Below, one piece after another: positions 13,451-29,420 of a DNA stretch of 64,000 nt. Positions within the stretch are counted from its first letter, which is position 1. Each line of letters opens with the position of its first letter. A program made the translations under genes and the position numbers. Source of the DNA: the human T2T-CHM13v2.0 reference genome, Homo sapiens; the NCBI RefSeq assembly GCF_009914755.1, contig NC_060927.1; one strand, 5' to 3'. Under the pieces are notes generated by a model, which made no database searches, was not told the origin of the DNA, and was given only the letters and a program-made list of their open reading frames with translations.

Positions 13451-16400
13451 TCCTTCCTTTCATCTCCTCAGTTCAGTCCCTGCTTTGTGCCTGGTTCTGT
13501 GCAAGGTAAAGTAATGAAGGTAAATAAAAACACGCAAAAGATATCCCCCGGCCCTTAAAATGCTTACCATCCAGTTTGGGTAATAGAATCTATCCATATG
13601 TATGAAATCCTTAGCACATATTTAGACCATAACTATTGTGAGGACTGAAAGGGGAAAAATAAGGGGTTGGGCTGTCCGTCCTGCAGAAGTGAATCTTAGA
13701 TACAAATATGCAAAACATACTCTAGTTGTATATCAGGTAATAAATGGGGTCAAGCCTATTAATGCTGGTTCCGGTTTGATATGAACAGATTTGTCTTTTG
13801 GGTTTTCTTGAAGATCTTAGCATGTCTCCATGTGTTGTCACCCTTGTATTCGGAGATCAGACGAATATTAAATAAGTTTATGACAAGCTATTCCTCCTTT
13901 CTTGTTATTTATTGAGATTCCTTACCCCTAGGAATTACTTTGCAGATGCTTCTTTCTTTTTGAAAGCTTTCTTGTATTTCATAATTATTTGTTGAACAAG
14001 TAAATATGGTGACTTTTTAAATTAACTTAACCCCAACTTGGGGTCCGATTTCTCATGGTAATGTCTTGGCATAGGATTCAAGCATCTGATTTCACATCTA
14101 GGAGTTGTGAACTAGAATACTTAAACGCAGCTCCACCCACCCCCTTTCTTTAAAGACCCAGTGACTTAAGTAGAAGCTGTAAGTCTTTATTTTACCCCTG
14201 CACTGTAGCTTTCAGAAATCTTAAAAGAATCCAAAATGGGCTAGTTATTTTGCACTTCCCTCTTAATAGCACCTAGGGATAATTACTGGTATCTTTTGTT
14301 GCCATCTGTTTTCTAGTTTATAGATCTATTTTTATTTCATGTTTCTATTCTGTTAAAAATTCTGTTTATAAAAAGTACATATAGTTGGCAATATGAGATT
14401 TTTTGGATCTTCTTGTAGTTTATGAGACCAATTACCAGATCATTTGTGAAGACATAGTGATTTGTGAAATTTGAACCTGAAAACCAATAGCAAAGGGAAG
14501 AAAAGCAGTTGGAGTATTTGCCAGATGAGGGATGTCGCAGTGCTCTTTACAAAGCCAGTGGTGAGGGCCACGTGAAAGGAAAAGCCTCACTATATCTAGT
14601 CTTTCAGTATTTACTCAGGGCAAAGACAGACTTCAGAACAGATATTGTCTTTAGGAGTATCGTAGTGATCACTGAGGGACACTTGAAGACTTTTATTTAT
14701 TTCTTTCCTATTTCTACTCTTTTGGGGCTCTGTTCTCTAATTAAAATTGGTGTTTTGGAAAAAGGGAATGTGACTTCTGAATACAGTAATAAATTATATC
14801 CTTGCCTCAGATGGAATTAAAATGACTGCAGACGTGAAATTTCCCTGCTTCTGAAAACTTAATTTGATATTTTCTCTTACACACCAAGCAGTGATTTGCA
14901 GAGGCACAGACTGTAAGATTAATTGAGGCAGCCATCTCTTCTGGCGCATCTAATCTTACATCTAATTATCTGATCATCTGAATCACAAATACAGTAGTTA
15001 AAGGGTGTCTGTTTAAAGGGCACACTTAAAATGTAAATATTAAAAAGGAGCTCTCTGGTTTTCCAGAGACAGACATGCAGACTTGTAATGGCCATTATGT
15101 TATTCATGGCATTAGGTCAGCAGGCCACATAGAACTGTGGTTACATTGCTCTATCACTAAAATGTGAAGATAATTCTGAAGTCTGTATTAGGCTTGTTTT
15201 GACAATTAACCTCCATTAGTATTCCAGAACACATAAGAGCAAAACTCTTAAAAGGCTTTCTTTTCAAGAATGCACTGTCAAATTGACTTCATCATTTAAA
15301 TAGGACTGTAGTCACAGTAAATGATGAGTTGATATTCATACAAAGCGTAACCTTAATTACAATATTATGAGCAATTAAACCCAGTGTTCACGGAATTATT
15401 GTACATTTATGTGTAACAGAATAAAAACATTGCATAGGACTGTTAAGCTTTTTGTATGAATCTAATTAACTTTGACAGGCTTTGAGCTTTTCTCCTTCTT
15501 TCAGAAGTGCTGTAGATAAATGTACTTGCATCTGGAAAACTTCAAACAGTTTTGATCAGCATTTCAGATCTGATTTAAAATGAATGCATTGAAACGCTGT
15601 CTTAAATACAGAGTTGATAGATGTGTGGTGCACAGTTTCTTGTAGCAGGAAGGCAGATGTGGTAGGGAGAACAGCTGTAGACTACAGCAGCCAGTGGATA
15701 TTGTTTTTCGTCACAATCTAATGTCAGGCAGCTACTGCTGTGAACAGGTCTTTATATATTTGGCTCTGGTTAATGCTGCGGATGTGAAAAGCTGAACTCA
15801 CACTGATTCCTTGGAAGGCAATTAGGAGGGAGATATGTCTTCTTATGCTTCCATTTCTGTAGCCCTTAGGGAACAGAGCACCATGAGCAAACCAAGGTTC
15901 CCAAGGAGTCCCAGTGACTTTTTAAGTTTCATAAGTGAGGAATAGAGTCCTCCTTCAAACAGTGAATTATGACATTGAGGATTTTGGAGTTACTCTTCTT
16001 GATTCCCTAAAATCCAACTATTGATTAGGCTTGAGAGGAAGCTAGGAATTTCATCATCTAATTTGCATGGCTCGATGGTAACGACAACCACCACCACTAT
16101 CACAATAATGGTTATATTTTACTCAGCACCAACAATTTTGGTGATTGGCATACATTATTTTATTTAATCTTTACCCCAACTCTATGAAGTAGACACCATC
16201 TTCAATTTATTGATGAAGAAACTGAGACTTGGAGCATTTATTGTCATTTTTGAAGTCACGTAACTAGAAAGTGTTAGTGCTATTAAAACATAAGATAGAA
16301 ATTGAGTATTAATGAGATAAAAATTCATTTTAAAAATATAATAAAACAATATATATAATATGGGCCTATTTATGTAACAAACACAAGAGTATGGTAATAC

Positions 16401-16825
16401 ATATATAAATATATTTGCACTGATATAAATGCAGATAAAGAGAAGCAGAGTTGAGTACACTAGATGGCTGACAGTGGTTATTTTGAGATGGTTGAGCAGA
16501 AGGAAGGACAAAGTAGAAAGATTTTTCAAGTTTTGTTCAATAACTTCTTACGTTGTTTAAATCTTTAATTCATGTGTTGTTTCAGTAATTACAATTTTAA
16601 AGATCACAAAAGTACTTTTGCTGCTAAAGTAAACATCTGAAAATAAATCTTCATCATAGAAAGTGGTGGTAGGTTTGATTTCAACTAGGACTCTCTGACT
16701 ATAACATCTGTGCTTTTTCCATGAAGTTATGTGTCCTTTAAAAGTGTGTATTAATGTTTAAAAATCTGATGTAAAAAGGTAGTGAATTTCCTAGCCTTCT
16801 CGTTGTCCTTAGAAAACCTTGCTTA

Positions 16826-17144
<319 letters not shown>

Positions 17145-20100
17145 TTATACTTAGATCACTTGGGGATACATCAGAATTCCATTCTTAATTTAAAATAACC
17201 AATATATTTCAAATACCTATGATGTACCAGTTGCACTGTGAAGCCCTGAGGAGGTTGCAGAGATGGAAAGGACACTGGCTCTCCCCCTAAGGTGTTATCA
17301 GCATCGTGAACAGACAGACTGGTGCCCACAGAGCTGACACACAACGTGGCAACAGTGGAAGAAACAACATGCCATGTAGCTTTACAGAGGATACAAGTAT
17401 TTCTAAGGTTAGGGTTCACATAACAATTTATTCAGTACCTATGTGGATGTTTAGGAGCCGGACATAATGGAAGATACTAAGATGTGGCTTCTGTCCTCAA
17501 AGACCTTGTATTGGTACAGAAAAGGGAGCATTATAACACAGGAAAATAAGAGAGCAAGAAAAGCCAGGAATAGCATATAATTGATTGCTAAGTGATATAG
17601 ATTAGGCCCTAAATGAAATGGGAATTCAGAAAAAATTGTGATCACTGTGGGTAAGAATTGTAGATTTCATAAAGAAATAAATTATAGTACCACTATTTTT
17701 TTTTGGCTTAAAAGAAGGGTGGCCAGGAATCCTTTTTTTGTACTTTGAAATTGGCCTTTGAGTAGAGTCTCTCATTATCTCTGACAGTTGTTAGAAAAAG
17801 GAACAGAATAACAATTAAATCCATCCACAGCTGATGCATTTATTTGATATATATGTATATATATGTTTGTGAATATATATATTTGTGTGTGTGTGTGCGT
17901 ATGTGTATTGGAAGACTAGGCATGATAGATTATTTTTCTCTCTCTCTCGTTCCCTTCTTCCCTTCCTCTCTTTTTTCCTTCCTTTTATTAATTATTTCTG
18001 CTAGTATTACTCAGACATATGACATAGAATCAGGCATGCTTGAAATATGCAAGATTTTCTGTCTAAAAAAATAGAATAGAAGCATAGAGGAGCTAGCTGT
18101 TTAGGGAGTTTCCCTTTAAGAGGCATTATACCTGAGTTCTGGACCCTTCTAAATACGTTAAACCATAATCATATATCTAAAGTACCAAACACAGTGCTAG
18201 CACATAGTAGATGCTTTGTAAGCATTACTTCTCTTCTCTGCCTTCTTCACAAAACTTTAGTATCCAATCTAAGAGAGAAAAAGCCACATAGGAGGGGGGT
18301 GTGCAAAAATAAAAAAGACTGAGGGTTGCATATTTGGAAGAAATTTGATTTTCAACAGCCAATTCTTGAAAATGTCTCAAGATTACAGTGACTGGGTCAG
18401 CTATTATGGAGCAACTCTGAACTTGGAGAGAAGACAATATGAGTATACTAAGAAATACATAAGCATCTAGGGCAAATCACATATGCTGTTAAGTATGTGG
18501 GATTTTAAAAAATATGTATTTCTATGATATCAGCTTCCTTCCACTTTTTGTTTTTAATAACTTTAAACCAGATAAAAATCTTCACAGCCATTCAGACTCA
18601 GACTAACTTAACTGAAGACTAAACTTGAGATTCAGCCCCACCGAATTATGCATTTTTTTAAAATGATAATTTTCCCAATTATGTAAGTATGCAAACTCAC
18701 CATGGAAAATTTGTAAAATAAATGAAGGAGGTATAAAACAAACAAGCAAAGATTTGAAATCCTGCATGCAGAAGAAAACTTGATAGCATTTGGTTCCAAG
18801 TTCTCTTGGTGTTTTTTTTAATGCTTATTTATTTTGTAGGTATTACATATTTGCTTATGACCATATTTTGTCAATTTAAAAGTTGCATATTTTGCAGCGT
18901 GACCCAGTTTGCAATCATTGTTCCCTTTTACAATATTGGAGGTGGCCCTGGGGAAAAGGCCTGTCTTTGAACTTGATTGAACACGCTGTCTGGGGCCTCT
19001 CTCTTTCTTCATTGTCATCCCCAGAGTGTGGAAGCCTGGAGATTAGCTGGGGAGGGCTTCTGCTCTGTGCCTGGGGGAGAAGATTGTGGGGGCATTTGCT
19101 CCTCTGAAAAGAGAACAAGATAGCTGGCTGATACAGAGGATCTTGGATGGCTGACTGGATGGGGTCAGAAATAGGAAACAAATTGAGTTAATCAGCATGT
19201 GTCTTGAGATTCACGCTCCAGCACAGCAGCAGGTTAGGATCTGATATGATGTGAAGGTGGTGGACCGCTAGGCCAGGAACAGAGGCAGGGAGAGAGAAAA
19301 AATACCAAGAACATCTGTAGATAGAGCATTAAACCTTCAACAGTGTTTCTTTCTTCCTGAAACTTGGTGGGTATTAAAAGGACTGAATGCATTTATTTAT
19401 GCTTGTCCTTGGTGCCCCCAAGCATCTAGGTATGAAGGGTTAGTAGGGTGGCAGCATGTTTGGAAAGGGAGACAAGATGTTTATCCTAGAACTTCTTTGG
19501 TCTGCTTATGTTTATTTGGGGTAGTTTTGGAGAGTCTGGTGGAAATTGTAGGGGGTAGGATTAAAGTCTTCCTTCCCCAGTGACCCCTGATACTTTTACT
19601 GATTATTTCTTTGGAGCCTATGAACCACTCTTAGTTCAGTAGAACTCTTGGAGCCCTGTTTCAGTGATGGTTCTTATCATGTGAACTGACTAGGGATGCC
19701 ATGCAGTGTCCCTAAGCCATGGTGGCCCAGGAAAGCCATGTCCTTCTATGTTGGATAAGTAACCACAATACTCCTTTATTCAGTGTATGTTTATTAAGTA
19801 CCAAGCATGTATTAGATACTGTGCAGAATACTGTGGATTAAAGACTAATAGAAATGGCCTTTGTCCCCAGGAAACACAATGTATGGAAAGGTAGATTTAT
19901 AAAGAGATTATTAATATTAAGTCTTGGAGGTGGAAGTAGGGTCATGCTGTTTGTCCAGTCATGGGAATTAAATAATGGGTAGGTTCTAATGAATGATTGT
20001 CCAATGATTACATATTATGTTTACCTACTTAATATCATCTTTAATCAAAAGCAGAATTTTGTATGTAACTTCTATTATGCAAAGTTTCTCATGCTAGTAT

Positions 20101-20263
20101 TTCTCATAATATTATTTGTGTGTTGAAATCTGAGCAACATGACTTTTCTTTCTTGCTGTTTTTACAATGAGCTTTCATTGGAATAGTCCTTTTGACATTA
20201 TTGTTTTTCCTTAATTCAATATTTTATCTCATTTATAATCTAGTAAACCGGGAACTTGACTTA

Positions 20264-20470
<207 letters not shown>

Positions 20471-21038
20471 CTAATGTTCTTTAGAGGCAGGTTTCAGGAA
20501 TGTAGCAACAGTCTCTGAGACTCTGAGTTGGGTAGACTCATTGAGTAAAGGTTGTTCAACTTTGGTAGAAGGTGGGTATGGGTATTGGTAGATTTGTCAA
20601 GCTCCTCAGATTATCAGATACTTATCAGTTTGAGAATCATTAGGAACATTGAGCTATGATTATAGACTTTCTCTGTGTCAGTTACAATAAATAGGTAATT
20701 CACAAATTGCAAATTTAACAACAGTGAGTCTGCCACTGTAGACAAAATTGGGTCTGGCTTTTGTTGATCTTTTTAGAGTGAAATAAAATTCTTATATTTA
20801 TAGAAATCAGCTAATTCTCTTGATTCCTCTCTCTCCTCTGTTTCTGCTTGCCTTCTTCCCCTTCTCTCTGTTCTGCTTAATGTCGCTTCTCTTTCACCTC
20901 TACCCTCTCCCTCTCCCCAACCCCTTTACATGTTGTGATCACACAGGTAAGATGATGTGGTGGTCAGGGGCAGATTTATGATCACAGTGGGAGGATGTGT
21001 GTGCTTCTGACCTGGCTTATCTTCAGTAGATCTCTAGG

Positions 21039-21222
21039 GTGTAGTTCTCAAACTGTAGCATGTATTAGAATCACTTGGAGGGCCAGTTAAACCCAGATTG
21101 CTGGATTACATCTCTAGTTTCCGATTCAGTACATGAAGGTGGGGCCCCAAATTTGCATTTCTAACAAGTTCTCAGGTGTTGCTGATGCTGCTAGTCCAGG
21201 AACCACACTTTGAGAACCACTG
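21039..21222. mobile_element. MER5A (hAT-Charlie)
   Basis: tagttctcaaac...tttgagaaccactg terminal inverted repeats and the internal tttgcatttctaacaagttctcaggtg motif. Confidence 0.85.
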
Positions 21223-21919
21223 ATCTAGGAGATTCCCTTACTATGTAAAAACTATTATTACTTTTTGAAAAAGTAAATTTGGAAAAAAAATATTGGAGGA
21301 TGAATTCTCATTTGAAATAGAGGAAAATTTTAAAATATGCTCTGTTTTTAAGTGTTTTCTTGGAGGGATACAATAGCTTTCCTAATAACTTATTTGAATA
21401 GTTTCTCAATGGATAAAACATCTATTATATAGCCTTTATCTGAAATTTACCTTATCTTTGTCCTACACTTTTTGACCTTGGAAAGGTGATGTCACGTGGT
21501 AACTGAAGACAATTATCAGTCTTCTCTATTTCCTTCCACTCCATATCCCCAGTCTAAGAGTATATTACTTTAATACCTCAGTACTGACATTAATTTAATT
21601 TTGATAAATGAAAAGATGCTGAATGTTGAGGCCAATTATCTTTGATGAAAGAAGGCTGAACTGTTTTCATCTGTACAAGGAAGATTTTACAGAAGACATC
21701 CAAGTTCCTGGAAAGAAGTTTATCTGACCCAGACATTAAAACATTAAAGGCAGGGTGACTTTAGCATGCCTTTTTAAAATAAGACTTTATGTCAGAGATT
21801 TATTTGGGTACACTTTGGTGCCAATTATGTCCAATTAGTAAATTAATGGATCATGTGACACCTAGTCTATAGTTGTACAATTTTTTCTTGGACATTAAGG
21901 GTTAATTCCAGCACAGTGT

Positions 21920-24330
21920 TTTTTTTTTTTTAACTTTTGAATTTTTTTGGATTTACTTCTTAATTGAAGTTGTTTTATTTCTTAATAAAAGTACAACGTG
22001 TTTTGAAATATGTATACATTGTGGAATGTTGGTAAACTGGGCTAATCGAGGTATATGTTACCTTAAAGACTTTTCATTTTTTGGGTGTGGTGAGAACACT
22101 TAAAATCTACCATAATATTTTTTAAGAATATAATACACTGTTTTTTACTATAGTTACCTTGTTGTACAATAGATCTCTTGAACTTATTCCTCCTATCTAA
22201 ATAAAATTTTGTATCCTTTGACCAACATCTTCCGATCCCCACCCCCAATCCTTTAACCCCTGGTAACCATCATTCTCCTCTCTACTATGAGTTCAATTGT
22301 TTACATTCCACATGTAAATGAAATCATGCAGCATTTGTCTTTCTGTGCCTGGCTTATTTCACTTATTTCCAGGTTTATCTATGTTGTCACAGGTGACAGG
22401 ATTTTCTTCTTTTTTAAGGCTAAGTAATATTTAGTAATATTTCATTGTGTATATATACTAGATTTTCTTTATCCATTTATCCACTGATGGACATATAGGT
22501 TGATTCCATATTTTGGCTATTATGAATAATGCTGCAATAAACATGGATGTATAAATATTTTTTGAAATCCTACTTTTAGTCTTTTGTTTTTTTTTTTAAG
22601 TTTTTTTTTTCTTTTATTATTATACTTTAAGTTTTAGGGTACATGTGCACATTATGCAGGTTAGTTACATATGTATACATGTGCCATGCTGGTGCGCTGC
22701 ACCCACTAACTTGTCATCTAGCATTAGGTATATCTCCCAATGCTATCCCTCCCTCCTCCCCCCACCCCACAACAGTCCCCAGAATGTGATGTTCCCCTTC
22801 CTGTGTCCATGTGATCTCATTGTTCAATTCCCACCTATGAGTGAGAATATGCGGTGTTTGGTTTTTTGTTCTTGCGATAGTTTACTGAGAATGATGATTT
22901 CCAATTTCATCCATGTCCCTACAAAGGACATGAACTCATCATTTTTTATGGCTGCATATTATTCCATGGTGTATCTGTGCCACATTTTCTTAATCCAGTC
23001 TATCATTGTTGGACATTTGGGTTGGTTCGAAGTCTTTGCTATGAAATCCTACTTTTAGTACTTTTGGATATACATCCAGAAGTGAAATTGCGGCTTATAT
23101 GTTGATTTTATATTTAACTTTTTGAGGAACCTCTAGACTTTTTCCATATAGGCTATACTAAATTACATTGCTAGCAACAGTGTGCAAGAGTACCTTTTCT
23201 CCACATCCTCTCCAACACTTTAAAAACCTTTCATCTTCTTGATAGTAGCCATTCTAATAGGAATGAGGTGCTATCTCATTGTGGCTTTAATTTGCATTTC
23301 TCTCATGATTAGTGATATTGACAATTTTTTCATGTACCTGTTAGCCATTTATATGTCTTCTTTTGAGAAGTGTTTATTCAGATCACTTGCCCATTTTTAA
23401 ACTGATTTGTTTTCTACTGTTGAGTTGTTAGAGTTCCTCATGTTTTGGATATTAACCCCTTATCACGTGCGGTTTGCAAATATTTTCTCCCATCCTGTAG
23501 GTTTTCTTTTCGGTCTGTTGATTGTTTCTTTAGTTGTCCAGAAACTTTTTAGTTTGATGTAATTTCATTTATCTATGCTTGGCTTTTGTTGCCTGGGCTT
23601 TTGGGTTCATCCAAGAAATCATTGCCTAGATCAATGTCACGGAGCTTTTCCCTTATGTTTTCTTATAGTAGTTTTACGGTTTCAGATTTTACATTTGAGT
23701 ATTAAAGTTTTTGAGTTAATTTTTGTTTCTTGTCTGATATAAGAGTCTAATTTGAGTCTTAAAGTTTTTGAGTTAATTTTTGTTTCTGGTCTGTTATAAG
23801 AGTCTAATTTTATTCTTCTACATGTGGATATCCAGCTTTTCCAACACCATTTATCAAAGAGACAGTCTTTTCCTCATTATGTGTTCTTGGCATCTTTGTC
23901 AAAAATAAATTGACTGTAAATGCTTGGATTTATCTCTGGGTTCTCTGTTTTGTTCATTGGTCTATGTATCTGTTTTTAGTCTAGTAGCATCATGTTTTAA
24001 TTATTATAGCTTTGAAGTATGTCTTGAAGTCAGGTAGTGTGATGCTTCTGGCTTTGTTCTTTTTGCTCAAGATTGCTTTGGCTATTCAGGGTCTTTTGTG
24101 GTTCCATAGAAATTTTGCAATTTTTTTTCTGTTTCTGTGAAACATGTTATTGGAATTTTGATAGGGATTGCATCAAATGTGCAGATTGCTTTGGATAGTA
24201 TGGTTGTTTTGACAATACTAACTCTTCCTATCCATGAGCACATTATATCTTTCTACTTATTTGTGTCTTCCTCATTTTTTTCATCAATGTTTTATGGTTT
24301 TCAGTGTACAGGACTTTCATCTCTGGGGTA
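21920..24330 (-). mobile_element. L1MA-family 3' segment (ORF2 end + 3'UTR), interrupted by a young L1
   Basis: gtggtgagaacacttaaaatctac...tacaatagatctcttgaacttattcctcctatctaa 3'UTR, then reverse ORF2 motifs (ttttgagaagtgtttattcag; gtcaggtagtgtgatgc). Confidence 0.88.
22581..23041 (-). mobile_element. 5'-truncated L1PA2-like insertion with 18-bp TSD tgaaatcctacttttagt (22563-22580, 23042-23059)
   Basis: Near-consensus young L1 3'UTR (ggtgcgctgcacccactaacttgtcatctagc; gatgatttccaatttc). It lacks the Ta ACA diagnostic. Confidence 0.9.
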
Positions 24331-24574
24331 AAGTAAATCCTAGTTTTATGGAGCCCAAGTCTTATAAAATCTGATAGGGGGAGACCTCTTAAATAGTAAA
24401 ATATATCTTATATTTTCAAATTTTACAAAACTTATGTTAATATGAAAATAATATTTCCTTGTATTCTAGGCCCCTAATATAATTGCTTATACATTGTAGA
24501 TGTCTCAGAAAGAATTGTGAATTAATTAATAAGTTCTTCATCAAAGTATCTTCAAAGCAGTGTGATTTCCATTA

Positions 24575-24849
24575 TTTTTCTTTTCCTTTCTTTTGTTTCT
24601 TACAAAACTGCCACCTGGGCTGGAGTACAGTGGCACAATTTTGGCTCACTGCAGCCTCAATCTCCTGGGCTCGAGCAATGGCTGGGACTACAGGTGGACT
24701 CTACCAGGCCCAGCTAATTTTTAATTTCTTGTAGAGATAGAGTTTCCCTATGTTGCCCAGGCTGCCCTCAAACTCCTGGCCTCAAGTGATCTTCTCACTT
24801 TGGCCTCCCAATATGCTGAGATTATGGGTGTGAGCCACCATGCCTGGCT
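24575..24849 (-). mobile_element. AluJ with internal deletion
   Basis: J-type cactgcagcctcaatctcctgggctc and ctcaagtgatc. Flanked by gatttccatt on both sides. Confidence 0.9.
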
Positions 24850-27123
24850 GATTTCCATTGTTTCTGAGCTACTTGGTGTCATTATCTATGACTTGATATT
24901 GAACATACATTAGCACTATAAAAACACAGAAACCAAATCAACCAGTGTTTTCCGTTGTAAAACAATAACATATTCATAAGAGACTTCCTATGATAAGCTA
25001 AAGAGATGAACAGTAAAGACAAAATGATGATGAATGGCTTAGGCCAAATAGATGTTAGCCAGACAGATCTGACAAATGGCACACAAGGCTGCTTAGGTTA
25101 GAATTCTGTAAAAACCGTTATTCTATCTTCTAATTTTTAGAGGATAGAGGGCTGGAAGGTTTTGAATGGTGGATAATTTCTGGTAGTGAAGTCCTCAAAT
25201 CAGAAAGATATTATGGAGCTTTGGGAGGTCAGGTGATGGTGGACTAAGAAGCAGGAGAACCATCTGCTGCAGTCTGATCCTGGAGCATGGTCTGAGTGGT
25301 CAGAGTTATTTGTCTCCTTTGCTCTCGAGTATATGTGGGCAGGGGAAGACTCACAAGTGTTTCTGCTTTGAGATGGCAATAAAAAGCAAGTGAAGAATAA
25401 ATAGTTGCTGCTACCTCTTGATTAAGATCAGTGCAGTGCCTTAGGTCTTCTCAGAGATCCTGAAAGAAAATATAATAAAAGAGATAATTAAGGAGGTGGG
25501 CAAAGCAATTTAAAGATATTCACAAACACTAAAAATGTTTTTCTTATGGTTTGATTTGGAATTGTGAGGTGATCATTTAAAAGAAAAGAGGGGTACGGTA
25601 TTAGCCCATTGTATCCTTGATCAATATAGACCACCCATTCCTTTTAGTTTCTGCATCATAGCTAATAGATTGCCCAGGGAAAACAAAGTATCATTTATAA
25701 TTGTTATTTGAATATTTTATGTAAAACCTAATCTGAAGACTTAGAGAAATCATTGTAGATTAAGATAAGAAATAAAGATTTGCATTTATGAGAAATTAAT
25801 GATAGTTCTGAAATTGAAGAACCATTTAGTTCTGGGAGAAATAAATACAAATTATAACATCTAGCTGATGGAATTTTGTTTAGATTGCTTCTGGTGATAA
25901 ACCATCTATAATAATATAAATCAAGCCCTGGTGTTTGCCATAAATTTGCAATGTTTAGCATAATTTTTGTTTGCATTTCATACTAAAGTGACACCAAGAA
26001 ATATGAGATTAATAGTTATTAAGTGAAAATGACTTTCATGTCTGTAGTCATTTTTAGAAACAGTTATGTGTAATTCATTTAGGGACCAGAAAAAATTAAT
26101 TTGCAGTTGTGGTGGGATCTAGCACATTAGAACAAAGAGGGAAGTCGCATATAGGAATAAACTTTTGAAACATAAGGGTGGATTCATTTTTAACCCTGAA
26201 TTTTGATTTAATACCTCAAGGTACCCTTCAGATCATCACACTTTTGTTTGTTGACTGTAGAATACTAATAGCTTAAGGAACAGAGAAGTTGTTACCTGTT
26301 CTCAAATTATGTCATAATCCTGGAGAGTAGAAGCTTATCCATACCTGAGGGGACAGAGGGTCAGATAGCTGCCACTGCAGTATAGTGTCTTTTATTAATT
26401 TTAATTAGTGTTTTCATTAGGAAGTGTCATATTAGTTTCTGATTTCTAAAAAGGACACATTATTTACTTTCATTTGTTTCACTGCACTATAAATCCGCAG
26501 TGGTGTAGAAGTTAAATTCTATAGAATTTTTGTTTTGTTTTTTTTTTGTTTTTTTTTTTAGAAACCTAGCCTCAGACCTTATGAGTTTAAAAAATATAGT
26601 TAATATTTCCTAAGCATTTATTAAGTGCTAGCTGTGTGCTAAATGCTTTATATATGTTCAGTTATTTGTGTTATGTTCATTACTAGAGCCCTTTTCAGGC
26701 AAAGTCATACATTCATTTATTCAGGTGTTATTTACTGAATACCCTCTCTGTGCTAGATGTGGGAAGCATTAATGTTTTAGAGGAGGTTGGAGGAAAAAGA
26801 TGATATTTAAGAGTTTATAAAAAGGACATCAGGACTTTTGGTCAATATGATATTGTAAGTTCATATTTTGAGGCTTTACTGCTCAAAATACCTATTAAAG
26901 ACGGATAAAGTATTTTTAAAACATAATAAAACCACATTATTGTGTGAAAATTTAAAATTAGACCTTTAGTTGAACCGAAAATATTCAGAAATGCCAAGCA
27001 GTGGTGAGTTGGGATGTGTGTGGGCTTGCTAAGTGCTGGGTCTGGAAGCAGAGGAGGCTTTGATTTAAATGGTGAGGCTTGACGTGTTGGAGAAGCATAA
27101 TAGTGCCTTAAAACCAAACTCAT

Positions 27124-27440
<317 letters not shown>

Positions 27441-28411
27441 CCAAACTCACACCATGAAACTAGAAACTGTCCCTTCCTACCCATCTCAGCTTCCCTTCAA
27501 CTGGTGCTTGGGACACTGAATTCCAGGAAGCTGACACCTGGTTCTGGATTGGGCACTCCACACGCCAAGTGGAGGGAACTATACGTCAACTAGTGATACT
27601 GGCTTAGAAGAAGTCTCATTGTGCTGGGATATAACATGGAACTGTTTATTTTTTTTCTTCCATCCTTACAACATATCACTAATAGATTCCAAAGTTTTTC
27701 AGTCACATAAACTTACTAACTTATTTTAGCATAGTTTAAAACTTATATTTTCAAAATCTGGCTTTTTTTTTCTGCCATCACACACTAGAACTAGAGCCCT
27801 GGTAGCTGGAAGGAATCAGTAAGACTGAGGGCACAGGCTGGTTGTGGTCTGGTTCCAAGATGCCCCCTTTTTCTCTTATTTCCTCTAACAGCCCTAGCTG
27901 CTTCTGGGTTGAGATAGGTAGGGAAGAAGGTGAAGGACACTAATTTTGTTAGTGATGGAAATGGTGCCTGATGTTGCTTGGATTCGGTCTGGTTTTGTCT
28001 GAAGTTGTTGCCCTTTATCTTAGGTGCTGTGCCAGGTTTCTTGGGGTAAGTATTTGCCTCAACTCAGTCTGTCTCTGAGGATCATCACAGAGAGGGGAAG
28101 TCCACTCTCCATTTGACTCCTGCCAGTGGTCCACATGCCTAACACTTCTTTGGTTGGATCTGTGATTGCTTGATCTAGCAGCCCTGTGGCTCAAGGTCAA
28201 CATATTTATTCCCTCTCCTCCTTTCCCAAGTCTTTTATTTTAAAGGGAGAAAGAATTAAGGAGAAATGGATGTTGATAGTAGTAAGGCTGGTTTTCCAGT
28301 ATTTAAAAACATCATGTGGGGAGATGTCTTACAGCTTTTTTTGGTGACTCTCTTTGGAGTGTTTAGTGCCTTTACTTTTTATTTCTAGTCTCTAGACACA
28401 ATTCAAAGTCA

Positions 28412-28755
<344 letters not shown>

Positions 28756-28756
28756 C

Positions 28757-29138
<382 letters not shown>

Positions 29139-29144
29139 TCAACA

Positions 29145-29375
29145 AGAAAATATCTCCTGAAAATCCCGTTACACTAGATAGATAAGGAGAGAAAGAGTGA
29201 GGAACTTTCCAATCAAGATAGGGCCTGCCAACCAAAATTCAAAACAAATAAAACTAATTCCAAGGAAGGCAGTTATCAAAATCATAGATCAGACTATCAA
29301 TTCCAGCAGAAATAAAAATATTTAAAATTATTAAAAAATCAAACAAATGTTAAATCCTGAAAGAAATAAATGAAA

Positions 29376-29420
<45 letters not shown>

